Positions 1 to 11,560 of a DNA stretch of 64,000 nucleotides are shown here, piece by piece. The stretch lies in NCBI GenBank assembly GCA_964188305.1, contig OZ076901.1. One strand, 5' to 3'. Source of the DNA: Podarcis bocagei. Lineage: Eukaryota. The position numbers were made by a program, and so were the translations under genes. Position 1 is the first letter of the stretch. Every line of letters starts with the position of its first letter. Below the pieces are notes generated by a model. That model searched no databases and had not been told where the DNA came from. It saw nothing but the letters and a program-made list of their open reading frames with translations.

Positions 1-165
1 TGCAGCTTGCAAATGTCACTTTTTTTCCAAGGCAACGGATGCAAACATGAAACACTTTCCACCCAGCAATTTGATGGAGGAAGTAAGAGGAGTTAGAAAT
101 CATGGTGTGGGCTTCTCCCTCCAGCTTTATGCTTTTTTTCAAAGAAGAGAGCAGGAAAGAGAATA

Positions 166-406
166 CAGTGGTACCTCAGGTTAAGAACTTAATTCGTTCC
201 GGAGGTCCGTTCTTAACCTGAAACTGTTCTTAACCTGAGGTACCACTTTAGCTAATGGGGCCTCCTGCTGCTGCCGTGCCGCCAGAGCACAATTTCTGTT
301 CTCTTCCTGAAGCAAAGTTCTTAACCCAAGGTACTGTTTCTGGGTTAGCGGAGTCTGTAAGCTGAAGCGTATGTAACCTGAAGTGTCTATAACCCGAAGA
401 CCACTG
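166..406. mobile_element. Tc1/mariner-superfamily (pogo/Tigger-like) MITE, family A copy 1
   Basis: TA|CAGTGGTACCTC...(degenerate)CCACTG terminal inverted repeats; near-identical to copies at 14053, 16469 and 37606. Confidence 0.85.
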
Positions 407-1176
407 TGTTTCATATCTGAATAAAGGACTGCCAGACAACACACAGCGCAGGAAGAATTCTTTCCAAGATTGTTGGAATTCCTGGTCTCCTTTAAAAAAA
501 GTGTAGCTTTATGATTACAGAAAATTAAGACTGCAGAATTTTGACTGCAGAATGTAGCATGAAAAAGGAGCTATTTAAAGATATTCTAATTTTATTATGT
601 TCTTCTCCAATGGCTTGGAAGTCTATTTAAAGTTTTAAGCTTAGGCTCAGGTGGGCTACAGAGGCAGCGTATACACCTGCAGTGGAATGGGATGGTAGTG
701 AGAACTGTACCATTTCACGCGGCAAGGAGGGGTGTGTGTGCTATTTTTTGAATATTTCCCACACATTATAAAAATGCTTGCAAATCGGAAAGCAGCTCAT
801 GAGGAAGTTGGATTTCTTTTCAGTCTACGTAACACAAAATGGTGGCCTCATCTAAACTAAGAAACTAATGTTGGCTTGCAATATCCGTGGGGTAAGGCAA
901 CTTGCCCCCTTCCCTTCTCCTTTTACTGGTTGAAACATACAAGTGGGCACCCAAATTATGCTCCTGATTGGAGTTGGGTTTTCACATAGTTTTCTGGACA
1001 CTTCCTGGAAGTGGGGAGAGCATGGAACTGACACACTTCTGTCAGTGGTACCACCTCCTTCTTTGGAAGCCATTTGCTAAGTAAAATGGAGCATGATCGT
1101 CACTCCACATGCACACATAGGACTCCATATTTTCTGAGAGCTCCTGAGTTAAAACATCTTTAAAAGGAGATTAGAC

Positions 1177-1367
1177 CAGTGGCTCCCGAACTTTGGTCTC
1201 CATGGATCACTTGAAAATTGCTGGACCACATACTGATTTTTCAGTCTGTTATAACAATTGTAATGGGCTGTGCTATATGGTTTTTAATTGTATGTTTAAA
1301 GCCTAAACCACTTGATTGTATCTTGTCAGCCAGTGGAGGTCCATGAGCCACAGTTTGGGAACTCCTG
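1177..1367. mobile_element. Degenerate hAT-type non-autonomous element
   Basis: Termini CAGTGGCTCCCGAACT ... AGTTTGGGAACTCCTG are imperfect inverted repeats of Charlie/hAT type. Confidence 0.55.
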
Positions 1368-2079
1368 AATTATAAAATTTACGGAAGGATAAAGCCATCA
1401 ATGGCTCCTACTCAGGATGCCTATATGTTACCTCTGGGATTAGACGCAGGATGCGTGTGAATTCTGGTCACTGGGGAACCATGGCGAGAGAAAGCTATCG
1501 CTGTCACATCCCGATTTTGTTCTTTTCCCATTCAGGCACCTGAATGGCCATGGTGAAAAAGAGGATGCTTGACTAGAAAGGCCTTTGGTCTGGTCCAGCA
1601 GGGTTGCTTTTAGGTGTAGTGGACAGAGGCAAGTTTTCTCTCTCTCTCTTGTAATGCTATAGAACTCTGATTTATTCAGTGAACCTGGTTGACGGAAGAT
1701 TTAGGACGGTCAGGATTTTGCACAAAATGCACAACTGATTTAGGGAGTTCACTGCCACAAGATATGGACAGCCGCTGGCTCAGATGGCTTTAAAAGTGGA
1801 TTTGACAAATTTATGGGGCAGGCCACTTATGGAGCAGTGACTATTACTCATGGTGGCAATAATAGTAATAATAATATTTCTTTCTACCCCATCTTTTCCT
1901 GGGAATCAAGGCAGAAAATATAAAAAGATAAAAACACAGAAAAGACAAAAGTCCCAGAAGACCTGCTCCCTGCCTTGCAGGCCTTTTCCCACCTGGCATG
2001 GGAGGGGGGGGTGTTGGACTGACTCCATCTGCAGAAACTGAGGTTGCTGGACAGACTTGGGCTAGGGTATTGTTTAGGG

Positions 2080-2216
2080 CAGGGTTTCCCAAACTTGGGC
2101 CTCTGGCTCTTTTTGGACTACAACTCCCATCATCCCTAGCTAGCAGGAACCAGTGGTCAGAGATGATGGGAACTGTAGTCCAAAAACTGCTGGAGACCCA
2201 AGTTTGGGAAACACTG
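2080..2216. mobile_element. Palindromic hAT MITE (~137 bp), family B
   Basis: TIRs CAGGGTTTCCCAAACTTGGG / CCCAAGTTTGGGAAACACTG; internal ACTACAACTCCCATCATC...GATGATGGGAACTGTAGT palindrome; imperfect 8-bp TSD GTTTAGGG/GCTTAGAG. Confidence 0.8.
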
Positions 2217-2473
2217 GCTTAGAGTTTTGTTGAAAGCAGGGTCGTTGCTGTTACTGATGTTAATTATTTTGTGTTTTTATTTTAGATGTTATGTTTTATG
2301 TGCTTTTTGGTGTCTTATTTACTATTTCGGACTACTGTTGCTGCGTTTACGTTTTTTTATACATTGTAAGCTGCCTTGAGCATGGTTTTAACTATGGAAA
2401 GGCAGCATACTAAAATAATTTAAAAGAAGCCTCCATGTTGTTAGGGACCAGCACTTGGAGGGAAGCTATTGCC

Positions 2474-2909
2474 TCTGAGAGATCTGCATTGGCTCCCAGT
2501 ACGTTTCCGAGCACAATTCAAAGTGTTGGTGCTGACCTTTAAAGCCCTAAACGGTCTCGGTCCTGTATACCTGAAGGAGCGTCTCCACCCCCATCGTTCT
2601 GCCCAGAGACTGAGGTCCAGCGCCGAGGGCCTTCTGGCAGTTCCCTCATTGTGAGAAGTGAGGTTACAGGGAACCAGGCAGAGGGCCTTCTCGGTAGTGG
2701 CGCCCGCCCTGTGGAACACCCTCCCACCAGATGTGAAGGAAATAAGCAGCTATCCTATCTTTAAAAGACATCTGAAGGCAGCCCTGTTCAGGGAAGTTTT
2801 TAATATTTAACGCTGTACTGTTTTTAACACTTGATTGGGAGCCGCCCAGAGTGGCTGGGGAAACTGAGTCAGATGGGCAGGGTATAAATAATAAATTATT
2901 ATTATTATT
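2474..2909 (+). mobile_element. L2-clade LINE 3' end (5'-truncated)
   Basis: Translates to DLHWLPVRFRAQFKVLVLTFKAL, the typical L2 ORF2 C-terminal motif; ends in ATAAAT/(TTA)n tail; highly similar to 12017-12577. Confidence 0.8.
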
Positions 2910-3576
2910 TGTGCCTGATTGGCTCACATGGCAAATAGGATGCTGGGCTGGATGTTTTCTTGCTCTGATCCAGCATGGCTGCTCTCATGTTCTCAAAGGC
3001 GTCGTTACAGAGCAACATTATTGTTAATATTTTCATTTGCCAGTAGCAACGACACTGTGTGCATCTTCGTTTCTTGATACGTGCGCTTGCCGAAGGTGAC
3101 TTTTTTCTGGAGTGACTTTCTTCTTAAAAGGGCACAATAGTGCTGTAATTCTATCCCTTCCTGGAGTGGAACAGATAGTCTGAAACACAAATGTGTTTTG
3201 AGCTTTGTGGCTTCACTGTTAAGAGGAGAAAGCATCTCTCTCTTTTTCTTTTCAAAAGCACCAGTAGCTATGGTATCGCTTGCCTCTGAGTCAGTTGAAC
3301 ACTTGTTGTGAAACCCGCCTGTGGTACAATGCTATTCCACCTTCTTTCATTTTTGTTTCTTGCAAGAGAATCCTTTAGTTTCATCTTCTTCTGAAAGGCA
3401 ATTGCAGCTTAATACCCGTTTCTGAGCAGTTCACATTGCTGATCAGATAACAAGTCAGTGAATAGAACAGTTTCTGAACCTTCATGATAGAGAACCGCAC
3501 TAAGTCAACAAAAAAGAGTGGGAACTTGTGGGTTAACCAAGAGTTTCAGCACCATGTACAAGTTGGGTTCCTGGTA

Positions 3577-3719
3577 CATAGAATTGTAGAGTTGGAAGGG
3601 ACTCTGAGGATCATTTAGTTCAACTTCCTGCAATGCAGGAATGTACAGCTGTCCCATGTGGGGATCAAACCTGCAACCATGGCGTTGTCAGCACCACACT
3701 GTAACCAACTGAGCTATCC
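3577..3719 (-). mobile_element. tRNA(Ile-like)-headed SINE with CR1-type tail
   Basis: Minus strand reads GGATAGCTCAGTTGGTTACAGTGTGGTGCTGACAACGCC...GGTTTGATCCCC (A/B boxes), then CCCTTCCAACTCTACAATTCTATG (CR1 3' end). Confidence 0.7.
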
Positions 3720-4805
3720 ACATTTACTTACCGGTACTTGTATCTGCTAATGTTGTGTGTACAAGGTGCCTCAGCCTGAATTATAGAGGTGTGATTCTTC
3801 TGAATGGAGACCTGTGTGGGAAGGCTCTTTAAAACACCTGGTGCTGCATTTAAATAAGACTATGATTAGTAGGTATTCAGAAGTGTGATCAACTCTTACA
3901 TCTACTGCCTTACCACTTTTCCTTACTTTCCCTCTTTTTTTTGGAAACTTCTGCCCTGATTTTAACATTCTATCTCCTTCCTTAGCAGTGGGTCCCTACT
4001 TCTTAAGTAATGTCCTGAATTAATGTGGATGTGGTTTGGTAGGTCGGAATCTATTTTTCCTAAACTACAACTTGTTATATATATGAATTGTAGGCAGACA
4101 GGGTCAGAAATGGCCAGAAAGAACGTAAAGGAAAGTATATACCTTTCATTCAATCTTTGCAGCTTGAATGGATGGTTGGAACGAGTCCTGTGAAAAGTTT
4201 TGGCAGGATTTTGTTAGGCCATCCTGTCTCATTCCAAATAACGTAGGTGGTCTATCTTGATCAGTTCCTCACCTAAGGATAAGTACTTTATGAAGTGGTC
4301 TCTGACCCACAAAACTTATGCCACAGTGCATTTGCTAGTTTCCAAGGACATTTCTTACCACCTATTTAAATCCAGGTATAATTTGAGGAATGCTGAACCT
4401 GGGATAATTTTCCATGTAAATCTCAGGTGTAGGTGTTTTGCATCTGCAAAAACTGAAGCAAATTATTGTCACGTTGGTGGGATTCCTCTGAATAGGTTTT
4501 GATCCCTTTCCTATTCATTACCAGGTTTCCTGGACCTAAACCTGTCCAGAAAGGGGAAGCACGGTTTTTATTGAGAGCAATGTGACACAGTGGTTGCTGC
4601 AGCAAACACACAAAGCATGTTCTGTGCACAGCTTTAAACACCACTGTTCATGAACCTCAGAAACTTGATCCGAGAAACCTGGCCTGTCTGTGCTGATGTT
4701 GGAAGGTGCAAATGCACTTATTCGTGATTTCCTCATGTTATATGTTCCCTGAAGCAGTCAGAATGTGTGGAGCTGCCAGCAGATGTAGCTTCAGCTTGTT
4801 CTGAA

Positions 4806-4990
4806 GGGCTGTAGCTCAGTTTTGGAGTTTGCATGCAGAAGGTCCCAGGTTCAATCCCTGCCATTGCCAGGTAGGGCTGAGAGATACTGCCTACCTGAAA
4901 CCCTGGAGAGCTGCTGCCAATCAGTGTAGACAGTACTGAGCTAGATGGGCCAGTGGGTCTGATGCAGTATAAGGCAGGTTCCTATGTTCT
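4806..4990 (+). mobile_element. tRNA-derived SINE (Squam3-like)
   Basis: GGGCTGTAGCTCAG A-box, GGTTCAATCCC B-box, body CAGTGTAGACAGTACTGAGCTAGATGG; related copies at about 16341, 24100, 27095, 33775, 40820 and 59408. Confidence 0.7.
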
Positions 4991-5105
4991 GTTTTCAGGT
5001 AACCTTACCCAAGTGTTTTTGTGTATTCTGAACAAGAGTGTGGTTGTTTCAGTGTATATGATCTAGGTACCATGTGCTGTTTCCCACCTACCCAGGAGAT
5101 GCAGG

Positions 5106-5180
5106 GCAGGTAGCAACATCCCCAGTATCCTCTCCTTACAGGTAACAGGTAGCAATATCCCCAATATCCTCTCATTACAT
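5106..5180. repeat. Short tandem duplication (~40-bp unit x2)
   Basis: CAGGTAGCAACATCCCCAGTATCCTCTCCTTACA repeated as CAGGTAGCAATATCCCCAATATCCTCTCATTACA. Confidence 0.7.
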
Positions 5181-6160
5181 AAAGCTCTTGTACTGCTTTT
5201 GAAATTCACTAAGTATGGCATGGGGCAGGGACCAAAAAGGTAGGATGTACACAAATATGTATGGCCTTTATCAAACCTTGTGCATAAGGTTCATCTTGGA
5301 AATTGTTTAGTTTTCCAAAGAGCTCTTTTGCAAATAGTAGCAGCAGAGGGGGAGGGAGAATAAGAGGGAGGGAGAATTTATCAAGCCAGAACATCAGTGC
5401 TGAAAATCTAAACCTAGGTGAACAGCATCCACAAGTGTTTCTGCATCTCTGAAGTGCTTACTGTACTTGCATTTTTAATGTTGTGTGATATGGCCACAAG
5501 AGGGCGCACCTACCTAAAACCTCACCTCTCTTCAGTTGGTATAAAGATCTTAACTTTAAAATCGCAGCACCCTGAAACCTCCTTCTCCAACTCTCAACCT
5601 CAGAGGCCTTCCAGCTAGCTGCTTCTGCTATGCCACCCAAGCTCCTCAGTAAATCTCTCTTTTTATTTTGTTTGTTTATTTGCAGCAACAGTTCATAAAG
5701 CGTTTGCTGGAATTGATTGAAATACTGCATTGCATCTTTTGAGATCTGTACATTGGCAGCTCTGCAAAGCAACTAAATGCCTTTGAATAGTTAGTGAAAT
5801 AGCAGGGTTCAATAGCTGTCCAGTACCCTGTGGGTTCATCCTGGACAGCCAATGAAATCCAGACCTTGAACAACTTCAGGAGCTGGCAAGTGAACTTTCC
5901 CTTGTTCATTCTTGCCCCTCAAAATTGAACAGAGGACAGCTTCTTCCCTGCAAGATACAGATAGACTCCCAGCATAGATTCTGACAAGTGAAACACATAT
6001 CTGATGGGTTTTTTAATATGTATGTATGTATGTTTGTATGTTTTAGGGCATGTGTATGCACACAATGCACTTGCTTACAATCTTCCACATATTCATTCTT
6101 TAAATTTTCACGCATGCATTTGAAACTCCTGAGCTGCCCCTCCAGAACATAAAAGTAGGA

Positions 6161-6282
6161 TCATAGAGTTGTAGAGCTGGAACGGACCACGAGGGTCATC
6201 TAGTCCAACCCCCTGCAATGTGGGAATATTTTGCCCAATGTTGGGCTCGAACCCACAACCCCGAGATTAAGAGTCTCATGCT
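6161..6282 (-). mobile_element. tRNA(Lys-like)-headed SINE with CR1-type tail
   Basis: Minus strand AGCATGAGACTCTTAATCTCGGGGTTGTGGGTTCGAGCCC resembles tRNA-Lys(CTT); followed by GGGGGTTGGACTAGATGACCC...CTCTATGA CR1 tail. Confidence 0.7.
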
Positions 6283-6782
6283 TTGGGTTGCCTGACTACA
6301 TGGGATACATTCCCAAAATTATTAAGGAACTGGAGTGTTTTAAAGATCTCTCTACAGATGCGCTCGCAACCCCTCTTCCCGCAGTAGGGCTTCCACATGC
6401 AAGTGTTTGAGGTGTAAGGCCGCTGCTTTGCATGCAACAATTAAGTTCTATTTCTGCCTTTCAGCCGTTCTTGTGGGCGTATAATTTCCTCAGCCGGGAG
6501 GGGCTGCTTTCTTTCTTAAGGTCTACGTGCAACTTTCACTTGGGGTGTAGGCGGAAGCCTTGTTTTGTTTTATTGGTGCTATGGTCACTGCTTTGGAGAA
6601 CTTCCTGCCATTGTTGAAACTCTGGAACTTGCTCACAGATCCTGCATCCTCCCATCTACAGGCCAGATAATGTTATCATGCTCTGGTCTGCTGGTTTGGA
6701 TTGGCTTCAGTTAAAAGTTGAGCATGGTGGACGCTTTCCTGGAACACTGCTTTAAATCACGCCTCCCATTTCTACATGTCAA

Positions 6783-6843
6783 GTAGGGGGTTGGACTCGA
6801 TGGCCCTTGTGGTCTCTTCCAACTCTATGATTCTATGATTCTA
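6783..6843 (+). mobile_element. CR1-type 3' tail fragment
   Basis: GGGGGTTGGACTCGATGGCCC...TTCCAACTCTATGATTCTATGATTCTA, i.e. the (ATTCTATG)n CR1 terminus. Confidence 0.7.
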
Positions 6844-7325
6844 CTCTGGTATTTGGATCCGTGTTTGGCAAGGAAAACTTTTTGTGTGTGCTAATCAGCC
6901 AATTAGTGTTTTGCATATTGTTGAAATGATGACTTGAAATGTTGGGTTTTATGGACCACAGCTAGCACTCATTGTAGGCTACGACAAAGGGATATCACTG
7001 TGGCCTGGAATAATGTACATATTTAGCGTGAACGCTTACCCCTGCCTCATAAGCCTAATTCCTTTCTGGTTTTTCACACATAAATTGCTGTCTTCCCCCC
7101 ATCAGACCGAGTTAGAGTCATAGAATTGTAGAGTTGGAAGGGACCCCATGGGCCATCTACTGTAGTTCAACCCCCTGCAATGCAGGAATCTGGACTAAAG
7201 CATCCATAACAGATGGCCATCCAGTTCTTGGGGGTTTGGGGGAAGCTCCTCCCACTGAAGGGGACCAAGCACAGAGGAATCAGCATAGCCCAGCCTGGTG
7301 CCTTCAGATGTTTCAGAGTTTAGAC

Positions 7326-7636
7326 CATGGGTAGGCAAACTAAGGCCCGGGGGCCAGATCCGGCCCAATCGCCTTCTAAATCCGGCCCGCGGACGGTCTG
7401 GGAAACAGCGTGTTTTTACATGAATAGAATGTGCCCTTTTGTTTAAAATACATCTCTGTGTTATTTGTGGGGCCTGCCTGGTGTTTTTACATGAGTAGAA
7501 TGTGCCCTTTTATTTAAAATGCATCTCTGGGTTATTTGTGGGGCATAGGAATTCGTTCATTTTTTTGTCCAAAATATAGTCCGGCCCCCCACAAGGTCTG
7601 AGGGACAGTTTGCTGACCCCTGTTTGCTGACCCCTG
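7326..7636. mobile_element. hAT non-autonomous element inserted into an older palindromic MITE
   Basis: TIRs CATGGGTAGGCAAAC / GTTTGCTGACCCCTG; 8-bp TSD GTTTAGAC / TTTTAGAC; flanks join into a family-B-like MITE. Confidence 0.75.
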
Positions 7637-9152
7637 TTTTAGACCATAACTCCCGTCATCCCTGGACATTGGTCGTGCAGGCTGAGGCTGGTGGGAATTG
7701 TAGTCCAAAACATCCACCATATTGGGGCCCTTCCCCTGAATCAAGTGGGACTTCTGGATAACATCTATCAATGGAAGAGACTGAACATTCACAGTTAAGT
7801 GCGGTTGGTGTAAGCATCACTTTAGTCTCTAGCAAGGGAGAAAAGTCTGTTTTAGCGAGGTCTAATGTACAAGGAAAGGAGGGAAGGGTCAGTGATTTGA
7901 TCGCTGCTCTCCTTTCAAGAGTACAGGCCCGATGTTTCTTCTCAAGAGAATTTTTTGTACGTCATCAGTTGTGAAGCGTAGCCCAAAAGGTGGTTTGTCT
8001 TGTGGTTACATGGATGTGGAAGCTTAAGTCAATGACAGAAGAAAACAAATCCACTTTGGCCATGTTTAATGCAAGCAAATACAGTCCGACACGGCATATT
8101 TGTTGTTTCTGTCAGTTAAAACAAACATGTAGAAAGGCATTACAGGCAGTGCTATAGCATAGAAATTCTCCTATCCATCCCTTGCCTATAGATCTCACCG
8201 CTATCAATTGCCACACCTGCCAGGTGCAACTTGAGCTGCTGCTTGTAAAAAGGAGTGGCACAGCCTCCATTTCACAGTGGCAGCAAAACAACCATATGCT
8301 AAATTCTGCACATCACCCACTGTTTCCCCACAAACGTCCCTTATGCTTAATGCCCAGCTTGTCTGCTCTCTTTTCTCCAGGGATCAACAGTGAGGAATGC
8401 CAGCCCTGTTGACTTTTCTTGTTATTCATTTGGGACTGATCCACCAGCTGTTTCCCTTTCATTGAATGGAGCGTTTTGTTAGGCAGGTTGCTTTTATATC
8501 TATCTTACACATGGCTTCATCCCCTCTTGATTCCCCAGTAGAACACACTGATCTAATTGCTAATAAATAAATAACATATGTGCCCCTAATTCAAAAAGGA
8601 GGTCTGGATCTTTGCTCCACCTTTCTCTGGAGTTAATCTTCTTTTTAACTTTCTAGTCCACCACTGCTATGATTCCTGAATAGTGTTTGACATGTCCTCT
8701 GATGTCTGGTGCGATTTGAATTAGTTGCTGCCACTTCATACCCAGCCACCCCAATCTCCCCTAATTCAGATTAATAAAACACAGCATTATAAAACAAGGA
8801 GAGGGATTCTGTGGCCCTCCAGATAGTCAGACTCCCATGAGCTTCAGCCGGCATTGCTCTTGACTAGGGATGGTGGGGACTGGAGAGCCACAGGTTCTCT
8901 GTGCTTATGGTAGGACATCGTAGAGACTGTTTTAAATATAAGTACACTTGCAAAAATGTTCCTTGCTGAATAATTGAAGTGTAATCAAAACCCAAATTGA
9001 TTTAAAAAAAATTGGGATCAGTTGGAAATTCTTAAACTTAGAGCTTTGCATGGCATGCTCAAAATAACAAAGTGGTAATTTGTATATCAGAAATGAATTG
9101 GGTAGAATTGGGGAATCGTAATTTGTGTTTGTTAATGCTTGTATTTTGTGTA

Positions 9153-9423
9153 CAGTGGTGCCTCGCAAGACGAAATTAATCCGTTCCGCGAGTCTCTTCA
9201 TCTTGCGAAGCACGGCTATCAGCGGCTTAGCGGCTATTAGCGGCTTAGTGGCTATTAACGGCTTAGCGGCTTTAAGAAAAAGGAAACGAACTCGCAAGAT
9301 GTTTCGTCTTGCGAAGCAAGCCCATAGGGAAATTTGTCTTGCGGAACGACTCAAAAAACGGAAAACTCTTTCGTCTTGCGCGATTTTCGTCTTGCGAGGC
9401 AAATGTCTTGCGAGGTACTACTG
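9153..9423. mobile_element. pogo/Tigger-like MITE, family C (CpG-rich, probably young)
   Basis: TA|CAGTGGTGCCTCGCAAGAC ... GTCTTGCGAGGTACTACTG|TA; repeated subterminal TCGTCTTGCG; internal GCGGCTTA/GCGGCTATTA tandem. Confidence 0.85.
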
Positions 9424-10831
9424 TAAATATGTTTCTCTGTGGTTTTAGAATTAATAAAACTGTTAAAAAAAAAGGCAAGCAGACAAAACACCCCTCTACA
9501 GAACAAGCTAACAACAGAAGCTGTCAAAATGCATTAAATTTCCAACCTGAGGTCTTGGAAGTTCTTGATTTGCTGAAGTAAAATGAAAGAGAACTTATTG
9601 AGGCCTTTGATCCATGCAGGACTGTTTCTGTATTGCTGGCCTCTACGTTCCTGATGCAGTGGGGTCTTTGAGACACATTTTGTTCTCTTCCCTCTTCCTT
9701 CACATGGTCCATGCAGGATGGTCCATGCAGGGGCTGCAGACCATTTGCAGAGACCAGCAGAGATGTCACAGTCTTCATGATAGGCTTTTGTCAATAAATT
9801 TGGTGGAATCCTGGGGGAACAGCTACCTGTCCATTTCCATAGGATGCTTCACTGTCTTCCTTCTGGTTGGGCGCTGTAAGCAACTGTTGCGAGAAACTGC
9901 TGGCTGGGCATGCCTAGAGATAGAACAAGGTTGTCTTGGCAGTGACTCTTCTAGATCCGATCATAGGGTTAGTTGGGTAAAACAAAAATGTAGAGAGGCA
10001 GATTGCATAGATGTGCAGTAGGCTTCAAGTGTGCCGAGGGAAGGAGGCCCAGGGACCACTTCCATTGCCCCCCAAATCAACACAGCAAATGATACACCTT
10101 AAGTCTCCCATGCACCACGAGATAGATAGAAGGGAACCCAGTTTAGTTCTTGCCTCCTGTTGCTCCATCACAGAATTAAGGAAGATTGAAGGGAGTGTTT
10201 GGAAGGCACTAGCTCTTTTGCTAGGAGCAGAGAGTATTTACTCACAGCTCATTATTTGCTCACTATTATTTGCTCACATTGGCCTTGATTGCATATCATA
10301 GTTAAAAGCATCTCAACCACTTTTAGCATGTGGGAGAAAAGCTACGATCCTTGACCTAGCATAATAGCCAAAACCAGGATTGCTCAAAACCATGACCTGG
10401 AAGTAAAGAACAAACCTTGACATCACAATCATGGTTTGCTTTGAATGAAACCGATCATGATCCTCAATTTGGGGAGCAAAGCTAGGAATTGTGGTCTGGA
10501 CCATTGAAAACCCATGGCTGCAAGTGAGCTGTTGTTCACATATCGTAACAATGTAAATCAATTGTAATTCCAGCCTCCCCAGAGCTTACATAGTTTATGA
10601 ATATGTGCCATGGTTAGATAAAAGCTGCCCTGTCCCCACCTCAGTCTCACAATCCTCTAGCTTCAGTGTTGGATTTGCTCGATCTTTCAGTGAAAGATTG
10701 GGGTATTTGTAGAATATTTCAAATAGGAGGTGAAACGTCTCAAAGAACTGACTTGCAGACCAGTTAACAGTGGAAAGAGGAAAGCCTTTTCCCCCTCCAA
10801 GGATGGCAGTGTACAACAGAGAAATACTTCC

Positions 10832-11560
10832 TTACAGGCAGAGTACAGAAACGGCAAGCAATGCAAATCCCAAAAAGGAAGAAGTTGGGAATACAGCAAT
10901 ATTGGTTGTTTTCTTTTGAGAAGCGCTTGTAGTGCCATTGTTCTGGCTGGCTGTGGTCTTGGTGGCTTGTCCAGGAGAAGATGAAGTGGCGTTGGTTTGA
11001 TCTTTTGTGACTTTGGCTGTGTTGGTGGCTTGGCCAGAAGAAGATGAGGTGGTGTTGATTTGGCCTTGAATGACTTTGGCTGTGTTGGTAGCTTGGCCAG
11101 GAGAAGATGAGGTGGTGTTGGTTTGACCTTGAGTGACTTTGACTGTGTTGGTGGCTTGGTCAGGAGAAGATGAGGTGGTGTTGGTTTGACCTTGAATGAC
11201 TTTGGCTGTGTTGGTAGCTTGGCCAGGAGCAGATGAGGTAGTGTTGGTTTGACCTTGAGTGACTTTGGCTGTGTTGGTAGCTTGGCCAGAAGTAGAAGCA
11301 GTAGCATTGTTAGCTGGCGACATAGTGGCATTGTTGGTTAGCCCTTTAGTGGACGTGCTGGTGGTGTTGGCGGGTGATGTGGCCATGTCGCTGACTGGGC
11401 CAGGAGTAGAGGGGATAGAGGGGGTGTTGGCTGAGCCAGGACTGGATGTGCTGGTGGTGCTTTGGAAGGTAGTGGGTGAGTCTTTTGCCATTGGCTCACA
11501 GTTAATGAAGTGAAGCCCACTGAGCATTAGGATAAAGATGGAGTGTGGACCGAACTGCAT
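10832..11560 (-). CDS. Uncharacterised GPI-anchored mucin-like glycoprotein (242 aa), single coding exon, nested antisense in the NF1 intron
   Basis: Intact ORF. The ATG at 11560 (gcaggATG, A at -3) lies 15 nt after the acceptor ttgttcttctctaccag (exon from 11575). Signal peptide MQFGPHSIFILMLSGLHFINC, S/T-rich body with 5x21-aa repeats and 9 NxS/T sequons, C-terminal hydrophobic tail ending at the stop codon. Confidence 0.75.
   Translation of the reverse strand: MQFGPHSIFILMLSGLHFINCEPMAKDSPTTFQSTTSTSSPGSANTPSIPSTPGPVSDMATSPANTTSTSTKGLTNNATMSPANNATASTSGQATNTAKVTQGQTNTTSSAPGQATNTAKVIQGQTNTTSSSPDQATNTVKVTQGQTNTTSSSPGQATNTAKVIQGQINTTSSSSGQATNTAKVTKDQTNATSSSPGQATKTTASQNNGTTSASQKKTTNIAVFPTSSFLGFALLAVSVLCL
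10955..11287 (-). repeat. 63-bp coding tandem repeat, 5 full units plus a partial unit
   Basis: Unit GQATNTAKV(T/I)QGQTNTTSSSP; units start at 11287, 11224, 11161, 11098, 11035, partial at 10972. Confidence 0.92.

Noticed and set aside
3650-3719. tRNA-like sequences here and at about 4806, 6230, 56660 and 59408
   Set aside because: They are degenerate and fused to SINE bodies or CR1 tails, so they are SINE heads, not tRNA genes.
8932-9581. Cluster of 80-156 aa ORFs on both strands
   Set aside because: They overlap the repetitive family C MITE and have no transposase or other protein motifs.
1-10700. Search for the preceding NF1 exon or further nested genes
   Set aside because: No NF1-like peptide and no other ORF with signal-peptide plus acceptor architecture was seen; the upstream exon must lie before the window.
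10955-11287. Regularly spaced repeats that could suggest a CRISPR array
   Set aside because: The units are contiguous with no unique spacers, the unit length is a multiple of 3 within an ORF, and the DNA is vertebrate.
10687-11331. 214-aa overlapping minus-strand ORF (LAKLPTQPKS repeats)
   Set aside because: It is an alternative frame of the 63-bp repeat, which is stop-free simply because the unit is. It has no acceptor of its own, and the other frame carries coherent signal-peptide and GPI features.
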